Source: Lama glama (lineage: Eukaryota). Taken from it: a stretch of 64,000 bases of DNA. Positions within the stretch are counted from its first letter, which is position 1, and each line of letters begins with the position of its first letter. The DNA is taken from contig CM052817.1 in NCBI GenBank assembly GCA_028534125.1, positions 20,028,001 to 20,092,000 on the forward strand, read 5' to 3'. Under the pieces are notes generated by a model. It had not been told where the DNA came from, ran no database searches, and saw only the letters and a program-made list of their open reading frames with translations. Positions 51,858 through 64,000 of this stretch are shown here, piece after piece. A program made the position numbers and the translations under genes.

Positions 51858-53560
51858 CTACTGCTTCAAGCCAAGATAGAGTGACAGTGACCAGTTTTAC
51901 CCTCTTGATCGAAACAACTTAAAAACTGGACTAAAATGCCTTAAAAAAGCATATGTTCAGGCATTAGCCATCAAGTCATGAGGGTCGGTGATCTCTGAAG
52001 AAAAAAGTAAACGCTATTCTTTTCCCAGTCTTCAGCCTAAATAAAGTTTTCAGGCCATGAAGAGAGGGAAAACTCAGGCAGAGGCTGGAAGTCTCTTTGA
52101 CTTGAAAATATGGAGTTAGGAATCCAGAGGATCCAACATGGCTGGATTTCACAGAACAAAGTGCAGAGAGTGCTTCAGAGAGAGAACTTTGGAGATCTTC
52201 ACAGTATTCTTCTCAAATATTCATCTGAACACCAGTCAGTGTATATATGATGATATTACCGATGGCTAGAGAGATAATCAACTGGAAAGATTAGAGGCCC
52301 CAGTTCACACAGGACCAGAGAAAAATATGTTCCCATCAGCCTGACGGGAAAACCTCATAATTCACAGAGAAGCCATTAGACGAAGAGGATTCTTACCTCT
52401 GTGGTGGGGAGAAATGAATTTTAGACTAAAATTTACTGTGGACTCAACTCAAAATGCTTTAAAATCAAAAACTGAAAAGAATCAAACTGTTTCTAATATA
52501 ATATGACTGTGTCCCATAACAAATTTTCAGAATATTTAATAAAGGTAGATAAAAATACCTAGCTCCAAATAAGGTAACATTTTCAGATTTGACATATGAG
52601 AAATTGCAAGATACGAAAAGACAGGAAATTATAATTCACAGTGAAAAGAAGAAAAAATCAACACAAATTATCCATAAATAATACAGATAATAGAATCAGT
52701 AAACAAGGACACTAAATAGTTATTATAATTATAATCCACATGTTGAAGAAACTGCAGAAAGGATTGTATGCTAAATGGAGACATTAAATAAATGTTAAAA
52801 GAAATAAAATCAAAATTCTATAAATGAAAATGAAAATGTCAGTGATGAAAAATATGCTACATGAGATAAAGAACACACTAAACATTTCTGGGAAAAAAAC
52901 AGTATATTTGAAGTAGACTTGAAGACATAACAACAGAAAATCTCTGAAGTGAAACATGGATAGAAGTAACCTGTAAAAGAAAGAAGAGACTATCAGTGAA
53001 CTGTGGTACAACTTTAAGCAGCCAAATATATGTATAATAGGAATCCTTCGGAAGGATGGGGACAATTTTTTTAAAGGTGGCTGAAATCATTTTGCAAATT
53101 TGATGTAAACTATAAACCACAGATCCAAAAGCTCTAAGAACTCTAAATACAAGAAGCATTAATAAAACTGCACAAAGGTGTGAATTAAGTAAAGTTTTCA
53201 AAAAAGTAATAATAAAGAAGATATCTTAAAAGCAACTAGAGAAAAAAAAGTATGTTAGGTACAATTAAATAAAGATAACTATGACAGCATATTTCTCTTC
53301 AGAAACAATTCAAGCCAGAGCACAGTAAGGCAATATCTTTAAAATATTGAAAGAAAAACCAACAAATTACCAGTCAAGAATTCTTCATCAGTGAAAATAG
53401 TTTTCAAAAATAAAGATGAAATAAGAACTATTATGTAGAAAAACCCAAAATAACTCATTACTAGAAGACCTGCACTACAAGAAATATTAAAAAAAATTCC
53501 TTCAAGCACAAGGAAAATTTTACCAAGTAGAAACTTAGATCCGCAATAAAGGAATTAAAT
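51858..53560 (+). mobile_element. L1MD/L1M4-type 5' UTR and ORF1 remnant
   Basis: 5' end gccaagatagagtgacag; ORF1-like cagtgaactgtggtacaactttaagcag, aaccacagatccaaaagctc, gacctgcactacaagaaat. Confidence 0.88.
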
Positions 53561-54519
53561 TATGTTCATGTAGGTAAAGACATTTATATAGGCATTCCTG
53601 TCTTGCAGATTTTGAATTTTGTCTTCTATATTATAGGAAAATATTTCTTTTACCTCAAGTTCATCTATCATGGACCTACACTGAGTGCAGGTCTCAAATA
53701 ACATCTGAGTAAAAGTTGAAACCAAATCCAACTACTGGAATGCTCAAACTTGAATCTCAAATAAAATCAATCATATCATTATAATTAAACCATCTAAATA
53801 TGATTTCTTTTCTCCAGTTTTATCCCAAAAGAACTACTTATCACAAATTATCTTAAATTGTATCGATGTAAATTTGCAATAGCCTGAAATTTCTTTGTTA
53901 GGCAAACCTTCTCTACTAGACTGTAACAATCTGACCAGCCCTTAAAACATGGGGGTTTCTTCCTCTTGTCTAGTTCTGGAATCTATGAAACTTAAAGGAT
54001 AATACTCAGAAAATAATAAATCAAGGAGGTAAGACAAGGTAATATGTCTTCACAGGAACTGTTAAAGACACTGCTATTGTTACCACCATTATTTCACACT
54101 TGCCCTAGATGCATGTCATTGAACCATTGGATTCCCAGTTCCTAACAAGACACTGAAAATTATCTTTGGCATTTGAGATCAATTATGTCACTACTTCTAG
54201 TTTCAAAATACACAGAAATTCTTTTCAGTTGGAGAACTCAAATTGTATTAATGAGTCTTTCTTCTGAGGATTTGGGAGAGAAAATATGTAGTCCAAGACT
54301 AATTCAGTAACAAGAGGCAGGACCTTGAATCCTGTTTGTTTGAAGCTTCAAAACTATGAATTAATGAACATTCAAAAAAAAAATAAGGTCTATTCACTTC
54401 AGGAATAAACATAAGGGAATTATATTAATAAACTATGCATTTTTATTAAAAGAAGCTAGAAAGTGCAGAGATATAACATGCTTTATTTTTATAAACAATC
54501 TTTATCACAAAAATTAATT

Positions 54520-55000
54520 TTTAAACTTCTTTTTAAATTTGAAATAAAAATCTCAGTGTGATTAGAAACTTGATAAACTTCTTTTAAAAAGCAAATGGAT
54601 ATGACCAGAATATGACCAAGAAAAACTTGACAAAAAGAAAATTTAGAGGACTTGCTATTTGAGATAACAGACTATGCTGTGAAAAACCCTAAAATATCTC
54701 AAATGATTCAGTAGTATTAGTGGAAACTTAAGCAAAATACTGAAATAGTTTATAAACCTCAGAAAGTGTCAGAATTCTCCAGAAATTTATTATAACAAAG
54801 GTGACATTACATATTAAAAGCATAAAGACAGAATTTCCACTAGTGCTAGAAAAACCAGCTCTCTATAAAAAATGAAGATAATGTTAGATCTCCATTTCAC
54901 TTTACTTAGAAAGTATATTCTAGAGAAATTAACAGCTAATTAAATAGGATTCAAATATAACCAATAGAAAGTAGAAATAAATAAACATTTCAAAATGTCT
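54520..55000 (+). mobile_element. Ancient L1 ORF2 fragments
   Basis: agaaacttgataaact, tagaggacttgct, agtgctagaaaaaccag, ttagatctccatttcac. Confidence 0.5.
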
Positions 55001-55389
55001 TAGAATTATTTCCAATATAATCTATTATTCTTTCTATGTTTTTATTATTTCTATGTTTTGACATTAAATATTCTGTCATGGACACAGCCCTGATATTTTG
55101 CCAATTAATCTGGTTTAAGGCCACTTTTAAGTGGACATAGGAATGTGAACATTTAAATTTCTTGGAGTGTGTGTTCTAGAGGTTCAAGATCTGAAAACTT
55201 TCCAGAACATTTTTCTACGTATTTCATTTTAGTTTTGAACACTAGGTCCATGACTTTGACCACATATTGGCCAAAATGACACAGATGTTGATTTTTGCCA
55301 GCCATATTTATCAAAAATATCTTTCAGATCAACTTGTTAGCCCATAATGCCAAATATTAAGCAGGAGATCTGCATATTAAGATAGAAAG

Positions 55390-55641
55390 TAAGGATAAAT
55401 CCTGGGGGATGTAATGTACATCTTGGTGACTAGAGTTAGCAATATCATATTGTTTATTTGAAAGTTGCTAAGAGAGTACATGTTAACATTTCTCCTAACA
55501 AGAAAACAATTTGTAACTATGTGTGGTGATGAATGTTAACTAAATTTGTTAATATATACATAAATCAAATCGTTATGCTGGACACTCAAAACTAAAACAA
55601 TGTTATATGTCAATTATATCTCAAATTTAAAAAGAAATAAA
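55390..55641 (+). mobile_element. L1MA9-like 3' end
   Basis: tttgaaagttgctaagagagta...gtaactatgtgtggtgatg...tgttatatgtcaattatatctcaa. Confidence 0.88.
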
Positions 55642-56099
55642 TTATACCAGATTATTTATTATAATACATGCAATGTTAAAGCAGCAGTTTGAGTAATTTT
55701 TATAATTACACTAAAAAAGTTTGTGGTAACCCTCTGGAACTTGGCTGAGAAACCGGTATTATTAATGAACAGCTCCTTTTAGGCAATGGAAAAGAAAAAG
55801 ATTATCTTTCTCTATTTTTTTTCTAAAATAGAGAATCTTAAGAAATGAATTCAGGTCTTTTTATTTTTTTTTTTGCCTTCCCTAAGCTTTATTTTTCATA
55901 ATTATATCATCCTAGACATGAAATGCAGTGACAGTAAATATTACATCAAAACATTTTAGTTTTATTCCAGAACACCACAAGAAGAACTGTAAGGAAGGAA
56001 ATAAGCTTTGACATCTTTGTCAAGTCAAAATTGTAGGTAATTATTTTAAAGTAGGTCTTCTTTTTTATTTTAAAACTGAAGGAAGAAAAATGGACATAA

Positions 56100-56182
56100 T
56101 TATTCTGCAATGGAAATGTAAAAATAGTACTGTCCGTAATTCCGGGAGTTATCAATTCTGTTCTCTGTAATGCAGTAGAAAC
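56100..56182 (-). other. Candidate short terminal coding exon, unidentified
   Basis: Acceptor aatgttttatttgttag|; frame (G)FYCITENRIDNSRNYGQYYFYISIAE*; AATAAA on minus at 56069-56064 and 55966-55961. Confidence 0.25.
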
Positions 56183-57134
56183 CTAACAAATAAAACATTT
56201 ATGTGAAAAATGTAACTTAGTACAATGAGCTAAGTGCAATGAGAGCTATCGTATAGAACATTCAAATAATGAGCACTCATCTGAATGTTGTGTCATTTAG
56301 TATCCACCACAAATATTATAGTTTAATGAAATGGTGTACATGTAAATGGCTTATCTAGTATATTTAGGGATTTCCATAGTTCTCAATCCAGTAAAAAATC
56401 AAATTTGAAAGGTGGTAAAAACATGAACAATGTCATCATAACACATATGACAACATGGTTTCTATGATATTTCTAATTACTGACTACAAGATAGAGAACA
56501 AAAATTCCCTTTTATAAAACAAGATCTCTCCTACCCCTTATGCTACACACTCACAGAAAAATATTTCAAGTACTTCAAAATATATTAGAACAATCTCCTG
56601 GATACTTGAGGCATTTTGAAGGATGTCACAGACAAAAATAGGTTATTATCATTATAAGTCTTAGGAAAAGTCCAAAAACAATAAATATTAGAATGAAAAT
56701 AAATTGTCCTTTGTTTTTCTGAAAGCAGAATAGAATTTCTGTTTATCGCCAAAGAACAACCCTACAATTTTATGCATCTTCAAACTTTTTGAAATAAGAT
56801 AATAACATAATTTAAACTGAATTTAATTTTGTCTTTGGATATATTTATTAATGGGATCAGAATGTACTTCACATTTGTGAATGGCTGTATGTTGGACACA
56901 TTTGCTTTATTTCATAAAGACTAGCAATGGAATAATTTCATGTCTATGTTAAAATATAGAAACTATAAAAATAACATATTAAACGAGAATTGAAGTAACA
57001 ATATATAACAAACTAGAACTGAGCTTCTGAATTTAATTACATGGAAAAGGACAATGAGTCTGTCAGTTTTAGTAGTCATAATAGGGAAAGTTTCCTTAGG
57101 GCTTACTAGTTACCTGACGCTGCTGTTAATGCCT

Positions 57135-57310
57135 TTTGCATATTAACACATTTAATACTCATAAGAACCCAAGAAATTGATGCTATTTTAATTAACCCAA
57201 ATTTACTGATGAGGAAGCTGAAGCACAGAGATTAAATTGCCCAAACTAATGAGGAGAGCTGGGATTCATACACAGCAGTGTGGCTCTGGTCACCAAACTT
57301 CCACACACTG
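57135..57310 (-). mobile_element. MIR
   Basis: atttactgatgaggaagctgaagcacagagattaaattgccca...gagctgggattca. Confidence 0.85.
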
Positions 57311-57714
57311 GGGTGCCCTGGAAGCTCTGTGTGCTATGAACCTCTGAATTACTCGTGGGCTCTCCTTTCCCATTGACTGATGAGGCCTCAGACTGGTGTG
57401 TGTCTGTTATTATAGTCCAGTGCTACATCAGAGTTTACTTTTATTTGATGCTTACCTTTAATTTTAAAATGCAAAAAATATTACAACCAATGAAGAATAA
57501 TTTAATAAAGCATTATTTCATTTGTAGAAGAAAATGATTGAGCTCATAGTATATGAAAGGCATCATTTATAATGCTGGTAAAGCAAAATTAATGATTCCT
57601 GGTACTTCTTCTGAAGGGGTTTATGACTAGTGAATGTTGTTTACTCTGTTTAGAATGTCCTTCCCACATTTTACCATTCCCAATTCCACCAACTCAAATT
57701 TGAAAATTCTACTT

Positions 57715-58165
57715 TCTTTTTTTTTTACTGAAGTATAGTCTATTTACAATGTTGTGTTTATTTCTGGTGTATAACATAGTGATTCATTTACACATGTATA
57801 TATATTCTTTTTCATATTCTTTTTCATTATAGGCTGTTACAAATTATGGAATATAGTTCCTTATGCTATACAGTAGGAACTGTTGTTTGTCAAACTCCCA
57901 ATTCATCCAACCCCAACCCTTTTTTCCCTGGTAACCATAAGCTTGTTTTCTATTTGTAAGTCTGTCTTTGTTTTTTAACTAAGTTCATTTGTGTCTTTAT
58001 TTTTTTTTTTTTTAGATTCCACATATAAGTGACATCATATGGTAATTTTCTTTCTCTTTCTAGCTTACTTCACTTTGTATGATGATCTCCAGGTTCATCC
58101 ATGTTGCTGCAAATGGCATTATTTTATTCATTTTTATGGCTGAGTAGTATTCCATTGTGTGTGTC

Positions 58166-58215
<50 letters not shown>

Positions 58216-58448
58216 CCACAACTTTTTTATCCAGTCATCTGTCGGACATTCAGGTTTTTTCCATGTCTTGACTATTGTAAATAGTGCTGCTGTGAACATT
58301 GGGGTGCATGTATCTTTTTGAATTAGAGTTTCCTCTGGATATATGCCCAAGGGTGGGATTGCTGGATCACAGTATAAATCTATTTTCAGCTTTTTAACGA
58401 ATCTCCAAGCTGTTTTCTACAATGGCCATACCAAACTACATTCCCACC
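57715..58448 (-). mobile_element. Young artiodactyl/camelid L1, 5'-truncated (ORF2 C-terminus, 3' UTR, poly(A))
   Basis: ORF 58060-58350 gives GIYPEETLIQKDTCTPMFTAALFTI...MEYYSAIK..IMPFAATWMNLE (L1 ORF2 C-terminus); T-tract at 57717-57727. Confidence 0.95.
58157..58210. repeat. (TG)n(TA)n microsatellite within L1
   Basis: Read directly. Confidence 0.95.
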
Positions 58449-58455
58449 TAATATC

Positions 58456-58641
58456 TTTTTTTTTGTATATATATTTTTATTGGAAGTATAGTCAGTTTAC
58501 AATGTTGTGTCAATAACTGGTGTACAGCATAATGTTTCAGTCGTACATAAACATACATGTATTTGTTTCCATGTTTTTTTTCACCATAAGTTACTACATG
58601 ATGTTGAATATAGTTCCCTGTGCTATACAGTAAGAACTTGT
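58456..58641 (-). mobile_element. Second short L1 3' end of a related young family
   Basis: gaagtatagtcagtttacaatgttgtgtc...aatatagttccctgtgctatacagta, homologous to 57729-57875; flanked by direct repeat ttcccaccta. Confidence 0.92.
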
Positions 58642-60464
58642 TTCCCACCTACTATGCTTTGATAAGAACTTCCTTGACTGCTTTGAGCACCAACAATTTT
58701 TCTTTAATTTTATTTGAATATTATTTTGCATAGATCTTTTTAAAATTTCTTTAAATGTTTTCCTACAATAAATAAATTTAAACAGTATAGAAGGATATAA
58801 AATATTTTTTATAAAGCTTCGTGTGTTTGTCTTCTGTCTCAATTTAACTCCCTAAAACCAAGCAGTATTCACAGGTTAGTACATAATGTCACCAAAAAAA
58901 ATGAGCCAACAGTAAAACATAGCAAAATTTTTAATGTCCATACAAACATATCTATATTTGTATTGATCACAAGGTTGACATTTATTGGTTTATTTATACA
59001 AGTACAAACTAGAAAGTGAGATCCACTAAAATAAGAAAGTGTTTTCAAACTCCTAGGAGAGGGCTTTAGAAGTGGCATAGTGTATATATTTGGTTGAATA
59101 GATACATCAATTCATGATTTCATTAAACACACAAACACAAACACACAAACCCACACACACTTTGACTTGATTTGAAAATAAAAGAACTGGATAAAATGCC
59201 AATCTCTCTTTACAGATAGCAAGGTTTATTTGAATCTCTATGTTTTTACTTTCTCTTTTAGAAAATAGTGGTAATAGTATATATGTAAAGAGATCTTGTA
59301 ATAATGGGCATTTTTCCAAGTAAATTTTAGAGCCTGCTACAAACTAAATTATACAACAATACAATTATACAATTATACAACACATATTTTCTAAATTAAT
59401 ATTCTTACTAAAGCATAAATATATGATTATTTATAAATATAATTTTGTATTTTTTATGATTATAGGAGTAAGTAACCCATGTAGCAGATAACTGTCTATA
59501 CCTAGAGATCTCACTTATAAGATAAACCTGAAAATTATGCATTGTTTTGATTTTTCAGAGTAGAGTACCTGGAGTTGTTAGTCTAAAAGATTTTTAAATA
59601 AAACACTATCAATCATTTATGGAAATGCTATGATAGACTCATCATCAATGAAGCAAACCCTGTGCAATTACTATTCTTGGACCGGTAATCAATTCAAAGC
59701 CATTTCCTCTCACAGTGCTTCATGTATGCAAGAATTGTTGTTTGTGTGTTTTAATGCTGACTGAGTTTTGGACTCTTATCAGACCACTGAACAGGTGAAA
59801 TTCTTCCAGAATGGTACAGTTGACCTGTTCAGACCATGGTCTCACCTGCAGTTTTGCAAAACACTCAGTAGTAATGCTATCTAATATTAATTAAAACATT
59901 CCAACTCTTCTGTATGATCATTATTCCACAGAGTTTCACCAGTTTCTTTCATAGTGAAAGGGATACAAAGATAGATGATTTATGAAAGTATCTGAGACTC
60001 AGTTTCAGCACAATGGCAGCTGGCTCATGATTGAGATTATGCAGCAATGTCTTCTATTTTTCTCTCACAGTTATATTTAGCTCCTATAAAAGTCATCTCT
60101 GGGAAGATATTTGTGAGCTATAGTTATTATTCAAAACCCAACTGAACTGATACACCAAAACTTCATATTTTTTTTTCTCCAAGGTTAATGAATATTTACA
60201 AAGTTAATCAAGAATTGATATAATAATTCAGGAAATTTCTGGCAGATACTTTTTTTTGCTTTGAATAATCAAGAATTTTGCTAACATTCATCAAATTGAA
60301 AGGGTAATCACTGAACTATTTATTTTTCACAGCAGAACATGAGAGACTTGGAAATTAAGGGAAGAGTTGGAAGAAATTCCCCAACTATCTGCCCATTACC
60401 AACCAACATTAGGGTGAAAAAAATCATTTTCTGCAATGGACAATGAGTAGACTCATGCACTTCT

Positions 60465-60600
60465 GCATTCATTCAGTAAACATATATGCAGCATTTACCT
60501 TGATTCAGGCACTATGACAACAACAAGAACACAAAAGTGTCTTAGACATGGCCCCTCCGCTCAAGGAACAAACCATCTGAGAGACAGACTGAAATAGTAA
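60465..60600 (-). mobile_element. L2 3' end
   Basis: cattcattcagtaaacatat...agacatggcccctccgctcaagga. Confidence 0.7.
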
Positions 60601-62187
60601 AAAAAACAAGTCTTATAACTGAAAATTGACTTAATGGTTCAAAGAGGTAGAACAGGAAAAGAAACAACTAATTACCTTGGGTTTCAGAGATAGTTTGAGC
60701 TTATTTGTAACTTAAGAAACAGTCAAGAATTGTTTTCAAAAATAATTCTATATTTTAAAAGATTTGAAAGTTTTACTGAGGTCAAAAACGTCAAGCACTT
60801 AATCTTTATAATATGTGTGGTTTCAAAGCCTAGGTTTTCAATAGACCATCAATGATACAGTAAGAGATATTCTCTGGGTAGTTCTGTATCTTAAATAAAT
60901 AGTATTATTTACTTATTTTGTTTTTCCCAATGCATTGTGTTCCTTAGAAAACAAAATTGCTTGATTCGTGTTTATGGACAGAACGATAGCTCAAGCTGAG
61001 GAAGAACTTGACAAAGCCTGGCATTGAAAACCAGATTTTCTGTGAGGAGTGAAAAGTTGAATTCTAGTCTAAATTTGTTGAAGAAAAAACTATGAATGCT
61101 AGTTTTTTTGATATTATATGAAAAGTTTGCAGTTTTATGTTCCGTATCTCACTCTTTTTTTTTATTACTGGCTATAGCCTACAATATTCATTCATACATA
61201 AAAAGTAATTCAGGTAAGCAAAATCACCCTCAATCATATCATCATGGCTGACTTTTTTGTGCATTGCCACATATTTTATTTTCTTATACATATTTTGTAT
61301 AGTGGAAAGTAAAATGCTATCAAAAAAATCACATTCTCTCTCTCTTTTTTGTTGTGCTTGCTTGTTTTCTTTCAACAGTGATACAGAAAATAAAGGTAGT
61401 GTTGTTCCCTTTAGAATGAAGAAACTCTGACTCTAAATTTGGGTTGCCCCATGATATAGACATAAACGAAATGTCAATGTTTCTTTTTTGCCACTAAATG
61501 CCGGAGAATGTGAGAAGCATGAATACACTCTGGGATATTTAGAAAGATGAGCCTTAGTTTGTAGTGGAGAACTTGAGAAAGCTGAATTTCTCTGCATAAA
61601 ATAATGTGGGGAAGTTTTGGCTTTTTAGATTGTCAGCCAAGAGAAAGGGGAGATGGGAATCGTTCAAGCTGGTGAGAAGCCAGTACTCCAAATGGGGGTT
61701 AAGAAGGAGATATATTCAGTACCTGGACTCAGTTCCCAAGTGACTTTGAAGAGTGAGGAAGAGCAACACTCAGTATTAAGCTGTACGCTGTGCTCTGCTG
61801 TGTACTACCATCTCCCCATTGCACCAGATTTTCATAGCATTTAGCCCACACAAACTTATTTAATTGGTTCTTTTGGGTTGATGCAGGAAGAGGAGCTCAT
61901 CTGAGGATGAGAGAGGGAAAACATGGTTAACAGATGCTTCACATACAGAGATGGAAATGGAGAGTCGGAGGAGCTGACAGGAGCAGCAGGACCAGGTAAG
62001 AAGTGAGCACTTTCAGGATTCTCCAGAGGCGTTAGGAAGAATGATTATTAAGTCACGTGAGATGATGAAGTGACTTTGAGCCAATCTTAACTAAATTTTA
62101 AAGGCCAACATGACCTTTACAAACTAGAAGTTCTGAGGAACATATGAGAAGTTCCCAACTGGCACACATACACACACATGCACACTC

Positions 62188-62604
62188 TGCCAGGTCTGTA
62201 TCGTGCCCCCACCCACCCAAATTGATATGTTTAAGCCCTAATTCCCAAGGTGACAGTATTTGGGGTGGGGTCTTCAGGAAGTAATTAGATTTTGGTCAGG
62301 TCATGAGGGTAGGGTCCTCGGATACCCTTATAAGAGACCAGAGAACTTGTTTCTCTCTCTATTTCTCTCTCTCTCAGTCTGTCTCCTTGTCTGTCTGTCT
62401 ATCTGTTTCTCAACTATGTAAAGACATAGGGAGAAGTAGGTTGTCTACAAGTCACAAAGAGAGCCCTTACCAGAAATTTAATTGGCTGGTGCTTTGATCT
62501 TGGACTTCTGTCCTCAGCTTCCAGAATTGTGGGACAAAAATGTCTGAAGTTTAAGCCACCCAGTCAGTCTGTGGGATTTTGTTAGAGTAGCCCAAACATA
62601 CTAA

Positions 62605-62608
<4 letters not shown>
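62188..62608 (+). mobile_element. MaLR solo LTR MLT1A-like
   Basis: aggtcatgagggtagggtcc...ttgatcttggacttc...tttaagccacccagtc...gcccaaacatactaagaca. Confidence 0.9.
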
Positions 62609-62641
<33 letters not shown>

Positions 62642-62686
62642 CGTCGATACACACACACACAACTTCCATATACACACACACACACA
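62606..62686. repeat. (CA)n microsatellite cluster
   Basis: Read directly. Confidence 0.95.
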
Positions 62687-64000
62687 AAACTTCTATATAT
62701 TTGCAGTTGGACTAGAATTTTGTGCTACTGTTTTCTAATCTGCTCCTTTATTTAGTAGGGTACCATGGATGCTTCCCCAATTCATTAAATTGGGGAATTT
62801 ACTGTGACTTTCAAAAGCACCATTCTGTAGATACATGTAGTTCATATGTTCAAAAAATAATTTATTTTATATATATTAAATAATGAATTATTTTTAAACA
62901 TCAATTCATGTTTTTGCATATTTCCCTTAAAATATTTTTCCTAGAGATAATAAAGTTGAATATTTTAAATATACTTGAAGTCCTTTTATTATAATTTTAA
63001 TATGCATTGTACATATGGCTTACTAATCTTGATTATAAACATTGGTTTGTGGTATTTTCTTATTTATCTTTAGATTATTTCATAGTGACTAGTGCAGTGG
63101 CTGCACAAAATAGATATTCAGCAAATATCTCTTGGATATTGAAGTAATCAAGTATTTATATTACAAGACTACCAGCTGTTAAGTGATAATATTTTTTTGT
63201 TTTTGTTTCTTTCATGAGATTTGAGCAAATGTTTATAGTTTTATAGTAACTGTTATTAAGTTTTTATCCTCCTTATACGTTTATATTTGTACTTATCAGT
63301 CATGTTAAATCTAATGTTTTTACACCGTTAATTCTACCTTCCCTCATAATTAAAAATATAATAAAGGTATTATGTAAATTAAACTTTGAGACTACTTTTC
63401 CTAGATCTTTCAACCAAATAAAAATGTTTTCAGAAAACTGCCAGTACCAATTCTTCTGTTAATACTTACAATGTGTCCAGGGCTTTACTATACTTTATGA
63501 CTGTTTTGACAAAAGTATTAAGCTCTTTGGAGAGAGAAAACCAATACATTTGAAATCTGAGGGAAGCATTTATCATAGGATGCAATTACAAAGTGACGTA
63601 GTGCAAAGATATTGTTGATCAATCATTGAAAAAATAAGCAGAAAAAATTTAAATGCAATTGTCTTAATAAAGATACACACTTGTGTTTCAATTACAGGCT
63701 AGCACATACAAAACAAGAAATTTGAGCCCACAGCATTATATTTCAAAGGATTTTGTTGTCAAAAAAAGTTTTGAGTGAGTTTTCAGGGAAATTAAAATTA
63801 AAACTACTGAGAACCTTGCTCCAAATTACAAATTTTCCTGGAACTGCATCAGATAACTAGAAGAACTCAATTTCTGTATCATTTCTCTACTGAGATTCTT
63901 GTAATCAATTCAATTTTTTTGATTTATACATTCACCAATTAGACCTCTCTTCAAAATTATAAAAATAAGGATCCAATTTGGATAAATAAAAGCTCTCATA

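Noticed and set aside
1..64000. ORF-track entries as protein-coding genes
   Set aside because: All are 60-119 aa, many start at non-ATG codons or lie in repeats. The only recognisable homologies are L1 ORF1/ORF2 remnants.
1..64000. CRISPR array, operon or other prokaryotic system
   Set aside because: The sequence is mammalian, and no regularly spaced repeat-spacer structure was seen; the 43-bp repeat has two adjacent copies and no spacer.

Overview
AT-rich, CpG-poor mammalian genomic DNA, intronic or intergenic in character. It is most likely from a camelid (alpaca/llama/camel), because two tRNA-derived SINEs resemble the camelid Vic-1 family and the youngest L1 3' ends are of artiodactyl type. 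Much of the window is decayed transposable elements: L1 of several ages, L2, MIR, MaLR LTRs (MLT1A/C/D/J), ERVL LTRs with gag and protease remnants, ERV1-like LTRs and a hAT MER63, plus microsatellites. No intact protein-coding gene, rRNA, true tRNA, CRISPR array or prokaryotic system is supported. The only ORF-track entries with recognisable homology are L1 ORF1/ORF2 remnants. Worth follow-up: several unidentified splice-site-bounded exon candidates (mostly minus strand), a ~120-nt fold-back hairpin in unique sequence, a probable 5'-truncated retrocopy inside an L1, two L1s inserted sequentially at one target site, and a perfect 43-bp tandem duplication at an LTR-LTR junction. Repeat family names and boundaries were assigned by eye from remembered consensus sequences and are approximate. 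I found no convincing novel biological system.
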